Source: Auanema rhodensis
Taxonomy: Eukaryota > Animalia > Nematoda
Assembly (NCBI GenBank): GCA_964057225.1
Contig: OZ059894.1
Span: forward strand, 21,390,001 to 21,454,000
Length of the DNA stretch: 64,000 nt
Direction: 5' to 3'
Shown: in pieces, positions 23,868 to 39,310 of the stretch
Numbering within the stretch: the stretch's first letter is position 1
Layout: the number at the start of each line of letters is the position of its first letter
Notes under the pieces: model-generated
What the model was told of the DNA's origin: nothing
Databases searched by the model: none
Seen by the model: only the letters and a program-made list of their open reading frames with translations
Position numbers and translations under genes: made by a program

Positions 23868-26800
23868 AGGATATAAGTGTGAACTTATATCAGTTGATAT
23901 CTCGGTGCATTTTTAAGCTAGCGCAAATCTGATAACACAGATCGACGCAGCTTAAAAATCCGCATCGAATGCCTTATACTACATTGAGAAACGCTTAATA
24001 CAAAAATTAGTTATGATCGTTTGAAAAATGATGCATTAGTGTATGTTGAGTTTCCATGTACACTCAACATTGCTTCCAAAAACATTTTGACAAAAATTTT
24101 TTCGAAAAATTTCAAAATAATTTAGCAAAAAGTAGATGTTTTTAGATTCCTGTTTTTAAGGCAAAGACGATGGACAATGTTATTCAACGAAAAAATTAAT
24201 TCTTCAGGGTGAAAATCGAGGATATAAGTGTGAACTTATATCAGTTGATATCTCGGTGCATTTTTAAGCTAGCGCAAATCTGATAACACAGATCGACGCA
24301 GCTTAAAAATCCGCATTGAATGCACTATACTACATTGAGAAACGTTTGATACAAAAATTAGTTATGATCGTTTGAAAAATGATGCATTAGTGTATGTTGA
24401 GTTTCCATGTACACTCAACATTGCTTCCAAAAACATTTTGACAAAAATTTTTTCGAAAAATTTCAAAATAATTTAGCAAAAAGTAGATGTTTTTAGATTC
24501 CTTTTTTCAAGGCAAAGACGATGGACAATGTTATTCAACGAAAAAATTAATTCTTCAGGGTGAAAATCGAGGATATAAGTGTGAACTTACATCAGTTGAT
24601 ATCTCGGTGCATTTTTAAGCTAGCGCAAATCTGATAACACAGATCGACGCAGCTTAAAAATCCGCATCGAATGCACTATACTACATTGAGAAACGCTTAA
24701 TACAAAAATTAGTTTTGATCGTTTGAAAAATGATGCATTAGTGTATGTTGAGTTTCCATGTACACTCAACATTGCTTCCAAAAACATTTTGACAAAAATT
24801 TTTTCGAAAAATTTCAAAATAATTTAGCAAAAAGTAGATGTTTTTAGATTCCTGTTTTTAAGGCAAAGACGATGGACAATGTTATTCAACGAAAAAATTA
24901 ATTCTTCAGGGTGAAAATCGAGGATATAAGTGTGAACTTATATCAGTTGATATCTCGGTGCATTTTTAAGCTAGCGCAAATTTGATAACACAGATCGACG
25001 CAGCTTAAAAATCCGCATCGAATGCACTATACTACATTGAGAAACGCTTGATAAAAAATTAGTTATGTTCGTTTGAAAAATGATGCATTAGTGTATGTTG
25101 AGTTTCCATGTACACTCAACATTGCTTCCAAAAACATTTTGACAAAAATTTTTTCGAAAAATTTCAAAATAATTTTGCAAAAAGTAGATGTTTTTAGATT
25201 CCTTTTTTTAAGGCAAAGACGATGGACAATGTTATTCAACGAAAAAATTAATTCTTCAGGGTGAAAATCGAGGATATAAGTGTGAACTTATATCAGTTGA
25301 TATCTCGGTGCATTTTTAAGCTAGCGCAAATCTGATAACACAGATCGACGCAGCTTAAAAATCCGCATCGAATGCCTTATACTACATTGAGAAACGCTTA
25401 ATACAAAAATTAGTTATGATCGTTTGAAAAATGATGCATTAGTGTATGTTGAGTTTCCATGTACACTCAACATTGCTTCCAAAAACATTTTGACAAAAAT
25501 TTTTTCGAAAAATTTCAAAATAATTTAGCAAAAAGTAGATGTTTTTAGATTCCTTTTTTTAAGGCAAAGACGATGGACAATGTTATTCAACGAAAAAATT
25601 AATTCTTCAGGGTGAAAATCGAGGATATAAGTGTGAACTTATATCAGTTGATATCTCGGTGCATTTTTAAGCTAGCGCAAATCTGATAACACAGATCGAC
25701 GCAGCTCAAAAATCCGCATCGAATGCCTTATACTACATTGAGAAACGCTTAATACGAAAATTAGTTATGATCGTTTGAAAAATGATGCATTAGTGTATGT
25801 TGAGTTTCCATGTACACTCAACATTGCTTCCAAAAACATTTTGACAAAAATTTTTTCGAAAAATTTCAAAATAATTTAGCAAAAAGTAGATGTTTTTAGA
25901 TTCCTGTTTTTAAGGCAAAGACGATGGACAATGTTATTCAACGAAAAAATTAATTCTTCAGGGTGAAAATCGAGGATATAAGTGTGAACTTATATCAGTT
26001 GATATCTCGGTGCATTTTTAAGCTAGCGCAAATCTGATAACACAGATCGACGCAGCTTAAAAATCCGCATTGAATGCACTATACTACATTGAGAAACGTT
26101 TGATACAAAAATTAGTTATGATCGTTTGAAAAATGATGCATTAGTGTATGTTGAGTTTCCATGTACACTCAACATTGCTTCCAAAAACATTTTGACAAAA
26201 TTTTTTTCGAAAAATTTCAAAATAATTTAGCAAAAAGTAGATGTTTTTGAATTCCTTTTTTCAAGGCAAAGACGATGGACAATGTTATTCAACGAAAAAA
26301 TTAATTCTTCAGGGTGAAAATCGAGGATATAAGTGTGAACTTACATCAGTTGATATCTCGGTGCATTTTTAAGCTAGCGCAAATCTGATAACACAGATCG
26401 ACGCAGCTTAAAAATCCGCATCGAATGCACTATACTACATTGAGAAACGCTTAATACAAAAATTAGTTTTGATCGTTTGAAAAATGATGCATTAGTGTAT
26501 GTTGAGTTTCCATGTACACTCAACATTGCTTCCAAAAACATTTTGACAAAAATTTTTTCGAAAAATTTCAAAATAATTTAGCAAAAAGTAGATGTTTTTA
26601 GATTCCTGTTTTTAAGGCAAAGACGATGGACAATGTTATTCAACGAAAAAATTAATTCTTCAGGGTGAAAATCGAGGATATAAGTGTGAACTTATATCAG
26701 TTGATATCTCGGTGCATTTTTAAGCTAGCGCAAATTTGATAACACAGATCGACGCAGCTTAAAAATCCGCATCGAATGCACTATACTACATTGAGAAACG

Positions 26801-27024
26801 CTTGATAAAAAATTAGTTATGTTCGTTTGAAAAATGATGCATTAGTGTATGTTGAGTTTCCATGTACACTCAACATTGCTTCCAAAAACATTTTGACAAA
26901 AATTTTTTCGAAAAATTTCAAAATAATTTTGCAAAAAGTAGATGTTTTTAGATTCCTTTTTTTAAGGCAAAGACGATGGACAATGTTATTCAACGAAAAA
27001 ATTAATTCTTCAGGGTGAAAATCG
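23868..27024. repeat. Local higher-order duplication, 5-monomer period (1754 bp), carrying a shared 1-bp deletion
   Basis: CTTACATC variant at 24590/26344; AGTTTTGAT variant; 350-bp monomers start at 24921 and 26675. ORF pairs 24620/26374 and 25073/26827 are 1754 apart. Confidence 0.9.
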
Positions 27025-30000
27025 AGGATATAAGTGTGAACTTATATCAGTTGATATCTCGGTGCATTTTTAAGCTAGCGCAAATCTGATAACACAGATC
27101 GACGCAGCTTAAAAATCCGCATCGAATGCACTATACTACATCAAGAAACGCTTGATACAAAAATTAGTTATGATCGTTTGAAAAATGATGCATTAGTGTA
27201 TGTTGAGTTTCCATGTACACTCAACATTGCTTCCAAAAACATTTTGACAAAAATTTTTTCGAAAAATTTCAAAATAATTTAGCAAAAAGTAGATGTTTTT
27301 AGATTCCATTTTTCAAGGCAAAGACGATAGACAATGTTATTCAACGAAAAAATTAATTCTTCAGGGTGAAAATCGAGGATATAAGTGTGAACTTATATCA
27401 GTTGATATCTCGGTGCATTTTTAAGCTAGCGCAAATCTGATAACACAGATCGACGCAGCTTAAAAATCCGCATCGAATGCACTATACTACATCAAGAAAC
27501 GCTTGATACAAAAATTAGTTATGATCGTTTGAAAAATGATGCATTAGTGTATGTTGAGTTTCCATGTACACTCAACATTGCTTCCAAAAACATTTTGACA
27601 AAAATTTTTTCGAAAAATTTCAAAATAATTTAGCAAAAAGTAGATGTTTTTAGATTCCTTTTTTTAAGGCAAAGACGATGGACAATGTTATTCAACGAAA
27701 AAATTAATTCTTCAGGGTGAAAATCGAGGATATAAGTGTGAACTTATATCAGTTGATATCTCGGTGCATTTTTAAGCTAGCGCAAGTCTGATAACACAGA
27801 TCGACGCAGCTTAAAAATCCGCATCGAATGCCTTATACTACATTGAGAAACGCTTAATACAAAAATTAGTTATGATCGTTTGAAAAATGATGCATTAGTG
27901 TATGTTGAGTTTCCATGTACACTCAACATTGCTTCCAAAAACATTTTGACAAAAATTTTTTCGAAAAATTTCAAAATAATTTAGCAAAAAGTAGATGTTT
28001 TTAGATTCCTGTTTTTAAGGCAAAGACGATGGACAATGTTATTCAACGAAAAAATTAATTCTTCAGGGTGAAAATCGAGGATATAAGTGTGAACTTATAT
28101 CAGTTGATATCTCGGTGCATTTTTAAGCTAGCGCAAATCTGATAACACAGATCGACGCAGCTTAAAAATCCGCATTGAATGCACTATACTACATTGAGAA
28201 ACGTTTGATACAAAAATTAGTTATGATCGTTTGAAAAATGATGCATTAGTGTATGTTGAGTTTCCATGTACACTCAACATTGCTTCCAAAAACATTTTGA
28301 CAAAAATTTTTTCGAAAAATTTCAAAATAATTTAGCAAAAAGTAGATGTTTTTAGATTCCTTTTTTCAAGGCAAAGACGATGGACAATGTTATTCAACAA
28401 AAAAATTAATTCTTCAGGGTGAAAATCGAGGATATAAGTGTGAACTTACATCAGTTGATATCTCGGTGCATTTTTAAGCTAGCGTAAATCTGATAACACA
28501 GATCGACGCAGCTTAAAAATCCGCATTGAATGCACTATACTACATTGAGAAACGTTTGATACAAAAATTAGTTATGATCGTTTGAAAAATGATGCATTAG
28601 TGTATGTTGAGTTTCCATGTACACTCAACATTGCTTCCAAAAACATTTTGACAAAAATTTTTTCGAAAAATTTCAAAATAATTTAGCAAAAAGTAGATGT
28701 TTTTAGATTCCATTTTTCAAGGCAAAGACGATAGACAATGTTATTCAACGAAAAAATTAATTCTTCAGGGTGAAAATCGAGGATATAAGTGTGAACTTAT
28801 ATCAGTTGATATCTCGGTGCATTTTTAAGCTAGCGTAAATCTGATAACACAGATCGACGCAGCTTAAAAATCCGCATCGAATGCACTATACTACATCAAG
28901 AAACGCTTGATACAAAAATTAGTTATGATCGTTTGAAAAATGATGCATTAGTGTATGTTGAGTTTCCATGTACACTCAACATTGCTTCCAAAAACATTTT
29001 GACAAAAATTTTTTCGAAAAATTTCAAAATAATTTAGCAAAAAGTAGATGTTTTTAGATTCCATTTTTCAAGGCAAAGACGATAGACAATGTTATTCAAC
29101 GAAAAAAATTAATTCTTCAGGGTGAAAATCGAGGATATATGTGTGAACTTATATCAGTTGATATCTCTGTGCATTTTTAAGCTAGCGCAAATCTGATAAC
29201 ACAGATCGACGCAGCTTAAAAATCCGCATCGAATGCACTATACTACATCAAGAAACGCTTGATACAAAAATTAGTTATGATCGTTTGAAAAATGATGCAT
29301 TAGTGTATGTTGAGTTTCCATGTACACTCAACATTGCTTCCAAAAACATTTTGACAAAAATTTTTTCGAAAAATTTCAAAATAATTTAGCAAAAAGTAGA
29401 TGTTTTTAGATTCCTTTTTTTAAGGCAAAGACGATGGACAATGTTATTCAACGAAAAAATTAATTCTTCAGGGTGAAAATCGAGGATATAAGTGTGAACT
29501 TATATCAGTTGATATCTCGGTGCATTTTTAAGCTAGCGCAAATCTGATAACACAGATCGACGCAGCTTAAAAATCCGCATCGAATGCCTTATACTACATT
29601 GAGAAACGCTTAATACAAAAATTAGTTATGATCGTTTGAAAAATGATGCATTAGTGTATGTTGAGTTTCCATGTACACTCAACATTGCTTCCAAAAACAT
29701 TTTGACAAAAATTTTTTCGAAAAATTTCAAAATAATTTAGCAAAAAGTAGATGTTTTTAGATTCCTGTTTTTAAGGCAAAGACGATGGACAATGTTATTC
29801 AACGAAAAAATTAATTCTTCAGGGTGAAAATCGAGGATATAAGTGTGAACTTATATCAGTTGATATCTCGGTGCATTTTTAAGCTAGCGCAAATCTGATA
29901 ACACAGATCGACGCAGCTTAAAAATCCGCATTGAATGCACTATACTACATTGAGAAACGTTTGATACAAAAATTAGTTATGATCGTTTGAAAAATGATGC

Positions 30001-33000
30001 ATTAGTGTATGTTGAGTTTCCATGTACACTCAACATTGCTTCCAAAAACATTTTGACAAAAATTTTTTCGAAAAATTTCAAAATAATTTAGCAAAAAGTA
30101 GATGTTTTTAGATTCCATTTTTCAAGGCAAAGACGATAGACAATGTTATTCAACGAAAAAATTAATTCTTCAGGGTGAAAATCGAGGATATAAGTGTGAA
30201 CTTATATCAGTTGATATCTCGGTGCATTTTTAAGCTAGCGCAAATCTGATAACACAGATCGATGCAGCTTAAAAATCCGCATCGAATGCACTATACTACA
30301 TCAAGAAACGCTTGATACAAAAATTAGTTATGATCGTTTGAAAAATGATGCATTAGTGTATGTTGAGTTTCCATGTACACTCAACATTGCTTCCAAAAAC
30401 ATTTTGACAAAAATTTTTTCGAAAAATTTCAAAATAATTTAGCAAAAAGTAGATGTTTTTAGATTCCTGTTTTTAAGGCAAAGACGATGGACAATGTTAT
30501 TCAACGAAAAAATTAATTCTTCAGGGTGAAAATCGAGGATATAAGTGTGAACTTATATCAGTTGATATCTCGGTGCATTTTTAAGCTAGCGCAAATCTGA
30601 TAACACAGATCGACGCAGCTTAAAAATCCGCATCGAATGCACTATACTACATCAAGAAACGCTTGATACAAAAATTAGTTATGATCGTTTGAAAAATGAT
30701 GCATTAGTGTATGTTGAGTTTCCATGTACACTCAACATTGCTTCCAAAAACATTTTGACAAAAATTTTTTCGAAAAATTTCAAAATAATTTAGCAAAAAG
30801 TAGATGTTTTTAGATTCCATTTTTCAAGGCAAAGACGATAGACAATGTTATTCAACGAAAAAATTAATTCTTCAGGGTGAAAATCGAGGATATAAGTGTG
30901 AACTTATATCAGTTGATATCTCGGTGCATTTTTAAGCTAGCGCAAATCTGATAACACAGATCGACGCAGCTTAAAAATCCGCATCGAATGCACTATACTA
31001 CATCAAGAAACGCTTGATACAAAAATTAGTTATGATCGTTTGAAAAATGATGCATTAGTGTATGTTGAGTTTCCATGTACACTCAACATTGCTTCCAAAA
31101 ACATTTTGACAAAAATTTTTTCGAAAAATTTCAAAATAATTTAGCAAAAAGTAGATGTTTTTAGATTCCTTTTTTTAAGGCAAAGACGATGGACAATGTT
31201 ATTCAACGAAAAAATTAATTCTTCAGGGTGAAAATCGAGGATATAAGTGTGAACTTATATCAGTTGATATCTCGGTGCATTTTTAAGCTAGCGCAAGTCT
31301 GATAACACAGATCGACGCAGCTTAAAAATCCGCATCGAATGCCTTATACTACATTGAGAAACGCTTAATACAAAAATTAGTTATGATCGTTTGAAAAATG
31401 ATGCATTAGTGTATGTTGAGTTTCCATGTACACTCAACATTGCTTCCAAAAACATTTTGACAAAAATTTTTTCGAAAAATTTCAAAATAATTTAGCAAAA
31501 AGTAGATGTTTTTAGATTCCTGTTTTTAAGGCAAAGACGATGGACAATGTTATTCAACGAAAAAATTAATTCTTCAGGGTGAAAATCGAGGATATAAGTG
31601 TGAACTTATATCAGTTGATATCTCGGTGCATTTTTAAGCTAGCGCAAATCTGATAACACAGATCGACGCAGCTTAAAAATCCGCATTGAATGCACTATAC
31701 TACATTGAGAAACGTTTGATACAAAAATTAGTTATGATCGTTTGAAAAATGATGCATTAGTGTATGTTGAGTTTCCATGTACACTCAACATTGCTTCCAA
31801 AAACATTTTGACAAAAATTTTTTCGAAAAATTTCAAAATAATTTAGCAAAAAGTAGATGTTTTTAGATTCCTTTTTTCAAGGCAAAGACGATGGACAATG
31901 TTATTCAACAAAAAAATTAATTCTTCAGGGTGAAAATCGAGGATATAAGTGTGAACTTACATCAGTTGATATCTCGGTGCATTTTTAAGCTAGCGTAAAT
32001 CTGATAACACAGATCGACGCAGCTTAAAAATCCGCATTGAATGCACTATACTACATTGAGAAACGTTTGATACAAAAATTAGTTATGATCGTTTGAAAAA
32101 TGATGCATTAGTGTATGTTGAGTTTCCATGTACACTCAACATTGCTTCCAAAAACATTTTGACAAAAATTTTTTCGAAAAATTTCAAAATAATTTAGCAA
32201 AAAGTAGATGTTTTTAGATTCCATTTTTCAAGGCAAAGACGATAGACAATGTTATTCAACGAAAAAATTAATTCTTCAGGGTGAAAATCGAGGATATAAG
32301 TGTGAACTTATATCAGTTGATATCTCGGTGCATTTTTAAGCTAGCGCAAATCTGATAACACAGATCGATGCAGCTTAAAAATCCGCATCGAATGCACTAT
32401 ACTACATCAAGAAACGCTTGATACAAAAATTAGTTATGATCGTTTGAAAAATGATGCATTAGTGTATGTTGAGTTTCCATGTACACTCAACATTGCTTCC
32501 AAAAACATTTTGACAAAAATTTTTTCGAAAAATTTCAAAATAATTTAGCAAAAAGTAGATGTTTTTAGATTCCATTTTTCAAGGCAAAGACGATAGACAA
32601 TGTTATTCAACGAAAAAATTAATTCTTCAGGGTGAAAATCGAGGATATATGTGTGAACTTATATCAGTTGATATCTCGGTGCATTTTTAAGCTAGCGCAA
32701 ATCTGATAACACAGATCGACGCAGCTTAAAAATCCGCATCGAATGCACTATACTACATCAAGAAACGCTTGATACAAAAATTAGTTATGATCGTTTGAAA
32801 AATGATGCATTAGTGTATGTTGAGTTTCCATGTACACTCAACATTGCTTCCAAAAACATTTTGACAAAAATTTTTTCGAAAAATTTCAAAATAATTTAGC
32901 AAAGAGTAGATGTTTTTAGATTCCTTTTTTTAAGGCAAAGACGATGGACAATGTTATTCAACGAAAAAATTAATTCTTCAGGGTGAAAATCGAGGATATA

Positions 33001-34045
33001 AGTGTGAACTTATATCAGTTGATATCTCGGTGCATTTTTAAGCTAGCGCAAATCTGATAACACAGATCGACGCAGCTTAAAAATCCGCATCGAATGCCTT
33101 ATACTACATTGAGAAACGCTTAATACAAAAATTAGTTATGATCGTTTGAAAAATGATGCATTAGTGTATGTTGAGTTTCCATGTACACTCAACATTGCTT
33201 CCAAAAACATTTTGACAAAAATTTTTTCGAAAAATTTCAAAATAATTTAGCAAAAAGTAGATGTTTTTAGATTCCTGTTTTTAAGGCAAAGACGATGGAC
33301 AATGTTATTCAACGAAAAAATTAATTCTTCAGGGTGAAAATCGAGGATATAAGTGTGAACTTATATCAGTTGATATCTCGGTGCATTTTTAAGCTAGCGC
33401 AAATCTGATAACACAGATCGACGCAGCTTAAAAATCCGCATTGAATGCACTATACTACATTGAGAAACGTTTGATACAAAAATTAGTTATGATCGTTTGA
33501 AAAATGATGCATTAGTGTATGTTGAGTTTCCATGTACACTCAACATTGCTTCCAAAAACATTTTGACAAAAATTTTTTCGAAAAATTTCAAAATAATTTA
33601 GCAAAAAGTAGATGTTTTTAGATTCCATTTTTCAAGGCAAAGACGATAGACAATGTTATTCAACGAAAAAATTAATTCTTCAGGGTGAAAATCGAGGATA
33701 TAAGTGTGAACTTATATCAGTTGATATCTCGGTGCATTTTTAAGCTAGCGCAAATCTGATAACACAGATCGATGCAGCTTAAAAATCCGCATCGAATGCA
33801 CTATACTACATCAAGAAACGCTTGATACAAAAATTAGTTATGATCGTTTGAAAAATGATGCATTAGTGTATGTTGAGTTTCCATGTACACTCAACATTGC
33901 TTCCAAAAACATTTTGACAAAAATTTTTTCGAAAAATTTCAAAATAATTTAGCAAAAAGTAGATGTTTTTAGATTTCTTTTTTCAAGGCAAAGACGATGG
34001 ACAATGTTATTCAACGAAAAAATTAATTCTTCAGGGTGAAAATCG
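27025..34045. repeat. Local higher-order duplication, 10-monomer period (3510-3511 bp)
   Basis: GCAAGTCTG variant at 27786/31297. CAACAAAAAA, GCGTAAA and GGATATATGT recur in the same order in both copies. Confidence 0.85.
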
Positions 34046-35449
34046 AGGATATAAGTGTAAACTTATATCAGTTGATATCTCGGTGCATTTTTAAGCTAGC
34101 GCAAATCTGATAACACAGATCGACGCAGCTTAAAAATCCGCATCGAATGCACTATACTACATCAAGAAACGCTTGATACAAAAATTAGTTATGATCGTTT
34201 GAAAAATGATGCATTAGTGTATGTTGAGTTTCCATGTACACTCAACATTGCTTCCAAAAACATTTTGACAAAAATTTTTTCGAAAAATTTCAAAATAATT
34301 TAGCAAAAAGTAGATGTTTTTAGATTCCATTTTTCAAGGCAAAGACGATAGACAATGTTATTCAACGAAAAAATTAATTCTTCAGGGTGAAAATCGAGGA
34401 TATAAGTGTGAACTTATATCAGTTGATATCTCGGTGCATTTTTAAGCTAGCGCAAATCTGATAACACAGATCGATGCAGCTTAAAAATCCGCATCGAATG
34501 CACTATACTACATCAAGAAACGCTTGATACAAAAATTAGTTATGATCGTTTGAAAAATGATGCTTTAGTGTATGTTGAGTTTCCATGTACACTCAACATT
34601 GCTTCCAAAAACATTTTGACAAAAATTTTTTCGAAAAATTTCAAAATAATTTAGCAAAAAGTAGATGTTTTTAGATTTTTTTTTTCAAGGCAAAGACGAT
34701 GGACAATGTTATTCAACGAAAAAATTAATTCTTCAGGGTGAAAATCGAGGATATAAGTGTAAACTTATATCAGTTGATATCTCGGTGCATTTTTAAGCTA
34801 GCGCAAATCTGATAACACAGATCGACGCAGCTTAAAAATCCGCATCGAATGCACTATACTACATCAAGAAACGCTTGATACAAAAATTAGTTATGATCGT
34901 TTGAAAAATGATGCATTAGTGTATGTTGAGTTTCCATGTACACTCAACATTGCTTCCAAAAACATTTTGACAAAAATTTTTTCGAAAAATTTCAAAATAA
35001 TTTAGCAAAAAGTAGATGTTTTTAGATTCCATTTTTCAAGGCAAAGACGATAGACAATGTTATTCAACGAAAAAATTAATTCTTCAGGGTGAAAATCGAG
35101 GATATAAGTGTGAACTTATATCAGTTGATATCTCGGTGCATTTTTAAGCTAGCGCAAATCTGATAACACAGATCGATGCAGCTTAAAAATCCGCATCGAA
35201 TGCACTATACTACATCAAGAAACGCTTGATACAAAAATTAGTTATGATCGTTTGATAAATGATGCTTTAGTGTATGTTGAGTTTCCATGTACACTCAACA
35301 TTGCTTCCAAAAACATTTTGACAAAAATTTTTTCGAAAAATTTCAAAATAATTTAGCAAAAAGTAGATGTTTTTAGATTTCTTTTTTCAAGGCAAAGACG
35401 ATGGACAATGTTATTCAACGAAAAAATCAATTCTTCAGGGTGAAAATCG

Positions 35450-38400
35450 AGGATATAAGTGTAAACTTATATCAGTTGATATCTCGGTGCATTTTTAAGC
35501 TAGCGCAAATCTGATAACACAGATCGACGCAGCTTAAAAATCCGCATCAAATCCACTATACTACATTGAGAAACGCTTAATACAAAAATTAGTTATGATC
35601 GTTTGAAAAATGATGCATTAGTGTATGTTGAGTTTCCATGTACACTCAACATTGCTTCCAAAAACATTTTGACAAAAATTTTTTCGAAAAATTTCAGAAT
35701 AATTCAGCAAAAAGTAGATGTTTTTAGATTCCTTTTTCCAAGGCAAAGACGATGGACAATGTTATTCAACGAAAAAATTAATTCTTCATTGTGAAAATCG
35801 AGGATATAAGTGTGAACTTATATCAGTTGATATCTCGGTGCATTTTTAAGCTAGCGCAAATCTGATAACACAGATCGACGCAGCTTAAAAATCCGCATCG
35901 AATGCACTATACTACATTGAGAAACATTTGATACAAAAATTAGTTATGATCGTTTGAAAAATGATGCATTAGTGTATGTTGAGTTTCCATGTACACTCAA
36001 CATTGCTTCCAAAAACATTTTGACAAAAATTTTTTCGAAAAATTTCAAAATAATTTAGCAAAAAGTAGATGTTTTTAGATTCCTTTTTTTAAGGCAAAGA
36101 CGATGGACAATGTTATTCAACGAAAAAATTAATTCTTCAGGGTGAAAATCGAGGATATAAGTGTGAACTTATATCAGTTGATATCTCGGTGCATTTTTAA
36201 GCTAGCGCAAATCTGATAACACAGATCGACGCAGCTTAAAAATCCGCATCGAATGCACTATACTACATTGAGAAACGCTTAATACACAAATTAGTTATGA
36301 TCGTTTGAAAAATGATGCATTAGTGTATGTTGAGTTTCCATGTACACTCAACATTGCTTCCAAAAACATTTTGACAAAAATTTTTTCGAAAAATTTCAAA
36401 ATAATTTAGCAAAAAGTAGATGTTTTTAGATTTCTTTTTTCAAGGCAAAGACGATGGACAATGTTATTCAACGAAAAAATTAATTCTTCAGGGTGAAAAT
36501 CGAGGATATAAGTGTGAACTTATATCAGTTGATATCTCGGTGCATTTTTAAGCTAGCGCAAATCTGATAACACAGATCGACGCAGCTTAAAAATCCGCAT
36601 CGAATGCACTATACTACATCAAGAAACGCTTAATACACAAATTAGTTATGATCGTTTGAAAAATGATGCATTAGTGTATGTTGAGTTTCCATGTACACTC
36701 AACATTGCTTCCAAAAACATTTTGACAAAAATTTTTTCGAAAAATTTCAAAATAATTTAGCAAAAAGTAGATGTTTTTAGATTCCTTTTTTTAAGGCAAA
36801 GACGATGGACAATGTTATTCAACGAAAAAATTAATTCTTCAGGGTGAAAATCGAGGATATAAGTGTGAACTTATATCAGTTGATATCTCGGTGCATTTTT
36901 AAGCTAGCGCAAATCTGATAACACAGATCGACGCAGCTTAAAAATCCGCATCGAATGCACTATACTACATTGAGAAACGCTTAATACAAAAATTAGTTAT
37001 GATCGTTTGAAAAATGATGCATTAGTGTATGTTGAGTTTCCATGTACACTCAACATTGCTTCCAAAAACATTTTGACAAAAATTTTTTCGAAAAATTTCA
37101 GAATAATTCAGCAAAAAGTAGATGTTTTTAGATTCCTTTTTCCAAGGCAAAGACGATGGACAATGTTATTCAACGAAAAAATTAATTCTTCAGGGTGAAA
37201 ATCGAGGATATAAGTGTGAACTTATATCAGTTGATATCTCGGTGCATTTTTAAGCTAGCGCAAATCTGATAACACAGATCGACGCAGCTTAAAAATCCGC
37301 ATCGAATGCACTATACTACATTGAGAAACGCTTAATACACAAATTAGTTATGATCGTTTGAAAAATGATGCATTAGTGTATGTTGAGTTTCCATGTACAC
37401 TCAACATTGCTTCCAAAAACATTTTGACAAAAATTTTTTCGAAAAATTTCAAAATAATTTAGCAAAAAGTAGATGTGTTTAGATTTCTTTTTTCAAGGCA
37501 AAGACGATGGACAATGTTATTCAACGAAAAAATTAATTCTTCAGGGTGAAAATCGAGGATATAAGTGTAAACTTATATCAGTTGATATCTCGGTGCATTT
37601 TTAAGCTAGCGCAAATCTGATAACACAGATCGACGCAGCTTAAAAATCCGCATCGAATGCACTATACTACATTGAGAAACGCTTAATACAAAAATTAGTT
37701 ATGATCGTTTGAAAAATGATGCATTAGTGTATGTTGAGTTTCCATGTACACTCAACATTGCTTCCAAAAACATTTTGACAAAAATTTTTTCGAAAAATTT
37801 CAAAATAATTTAGCAAAAAGTAGATGTTTTTAGATTTCTTTTTTCAAGGCAAAGACGATGGACAATGTTATTCAACGAAAAAATTAATTCTTCAGGGTGA
37901 AAATCGAGGATATAAGTGTAAACTTATATCAGTTGATATCTCGGTGCATTTTTAAGCTAGCGCAAATCTGATAACACAGATCGACGCAGCTTAAAAATCC
38001 GCATCAAATCCACTATACTACATTGAGAAACGCTTAATACAAAAATTAGTTATGATCGTTTGAAAAATGATGCATTAGTGTATGTTGAGTTTCCATGTAC
38101 ACTCAACATTGCTTCCAAAAACATTTTGACAAAAATTTTTTCGAAAAATTTCAGAATAATTCAGCAAAAAATAGATGTTTTTAGATTCCTTTTTCCAAGG
38201 CAAAGACGATGGACAATGTTATTCAACGAAAAAATTAATTCTTCATTGTGAAAATCGAGGATATAAGTGTGAACTTATATCAGTTGATATCTCGGTGCAT
38301 TTTTAAGCTAGCGCAAATCTGATAACACAGATCGACGCAGCTTAAAAATCCGCATCGAATGCACTATACTACATTGAGAAACATTTGATACAAAAATTAG

Positions 38401-39310
38401 TTATGATCGTTTGAAAAATGATGCATTAGTGTATGTTGAGTTTCCATGTACACTCAACATTGCTTCCAAAAACATTTTGACAAAAATTTTTTCGAAAAAT
38501 TTCAAAATAATTTAGCAAAAAGTAGATGTTTTTAGATTCCTTTTTTTAAGGCAAAGACGATGGACAATGTTATTCAACGAAAAAATTAATTCTTCAGGGT
38601 GAAAATCGAGGATATAAGTGTGAACTTATATCAGTTGATATCTCGGTGCATTTTTAAGCTAGCGCAAATCTGATAACACAGATCGACGCAGCTTAAAAAT
38701 CCGCATCGAATGCACTATACTACATTGAGAAACGCTTAATACACAAATTAGTTATGATCGTTTGAAAAATGATGCATTAGTGTATGTTGAGTTTCCATGT
38801 ACACTCAACATTGCTTCCAAAAACATTTTGACAAAAATTTTTTCGAAAAATTTCAAAATAATTTAGCAAAAAGTAGATGTTTTTAGATTTCTTTTTTCAA
38901 GGCAAAGACGATGGACAATGTTATTCAACGAAAAAATTAATTCTTCAGGGTGAAAATCGAGGATATAAGTGTGAACTTATATCAGTTGATATCTCGGTGC
39001 ATTTTTAAGCTAGCGCAAATCTGATAACACAGATCGACGCAGCTTAAAAATCCGCATCGAATGCACTATACTACATCGAGAAACGCTTAATACACAAATT
39101 AGTTATGATCGTTTGAAAAATGATGCATTAGTGTATGTTGAGTTTCCATGTACACTCAACATTGCTTCCAAAAACATTTTGACAAAAATTTTTTCGAAAA
39201 ATTTCAAAATAATTTAGCAAAAAGTAGATGTTTTTAGATTCCTTTTTTTAAGGCAAAGACGATGGACAATGTTATTCAACGAAAAAATTAATTCTTCAGG
39301 GTGAAAATCG
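35450..39310. repeat. Local higher-order duplication, 7-monomer period (2457 bp)
   Basis: CTTCATTGTG at 35784/38241, CATCAAATCCAC in the same monomers, GAAACATTTG in the next monomer. ORFs 35603/38060 are 2457 apart. Confidence 0.88.

Noticed and set aside
1104-26571. 65-aa minus-strand ORFs (MKFFEKIFVK...)
   Set aside because: They are open only in five monomers where a variant at TAGTTATG removes a minus-strand TAA. The composition reflects A/T tracts, so these are chance ORFs.
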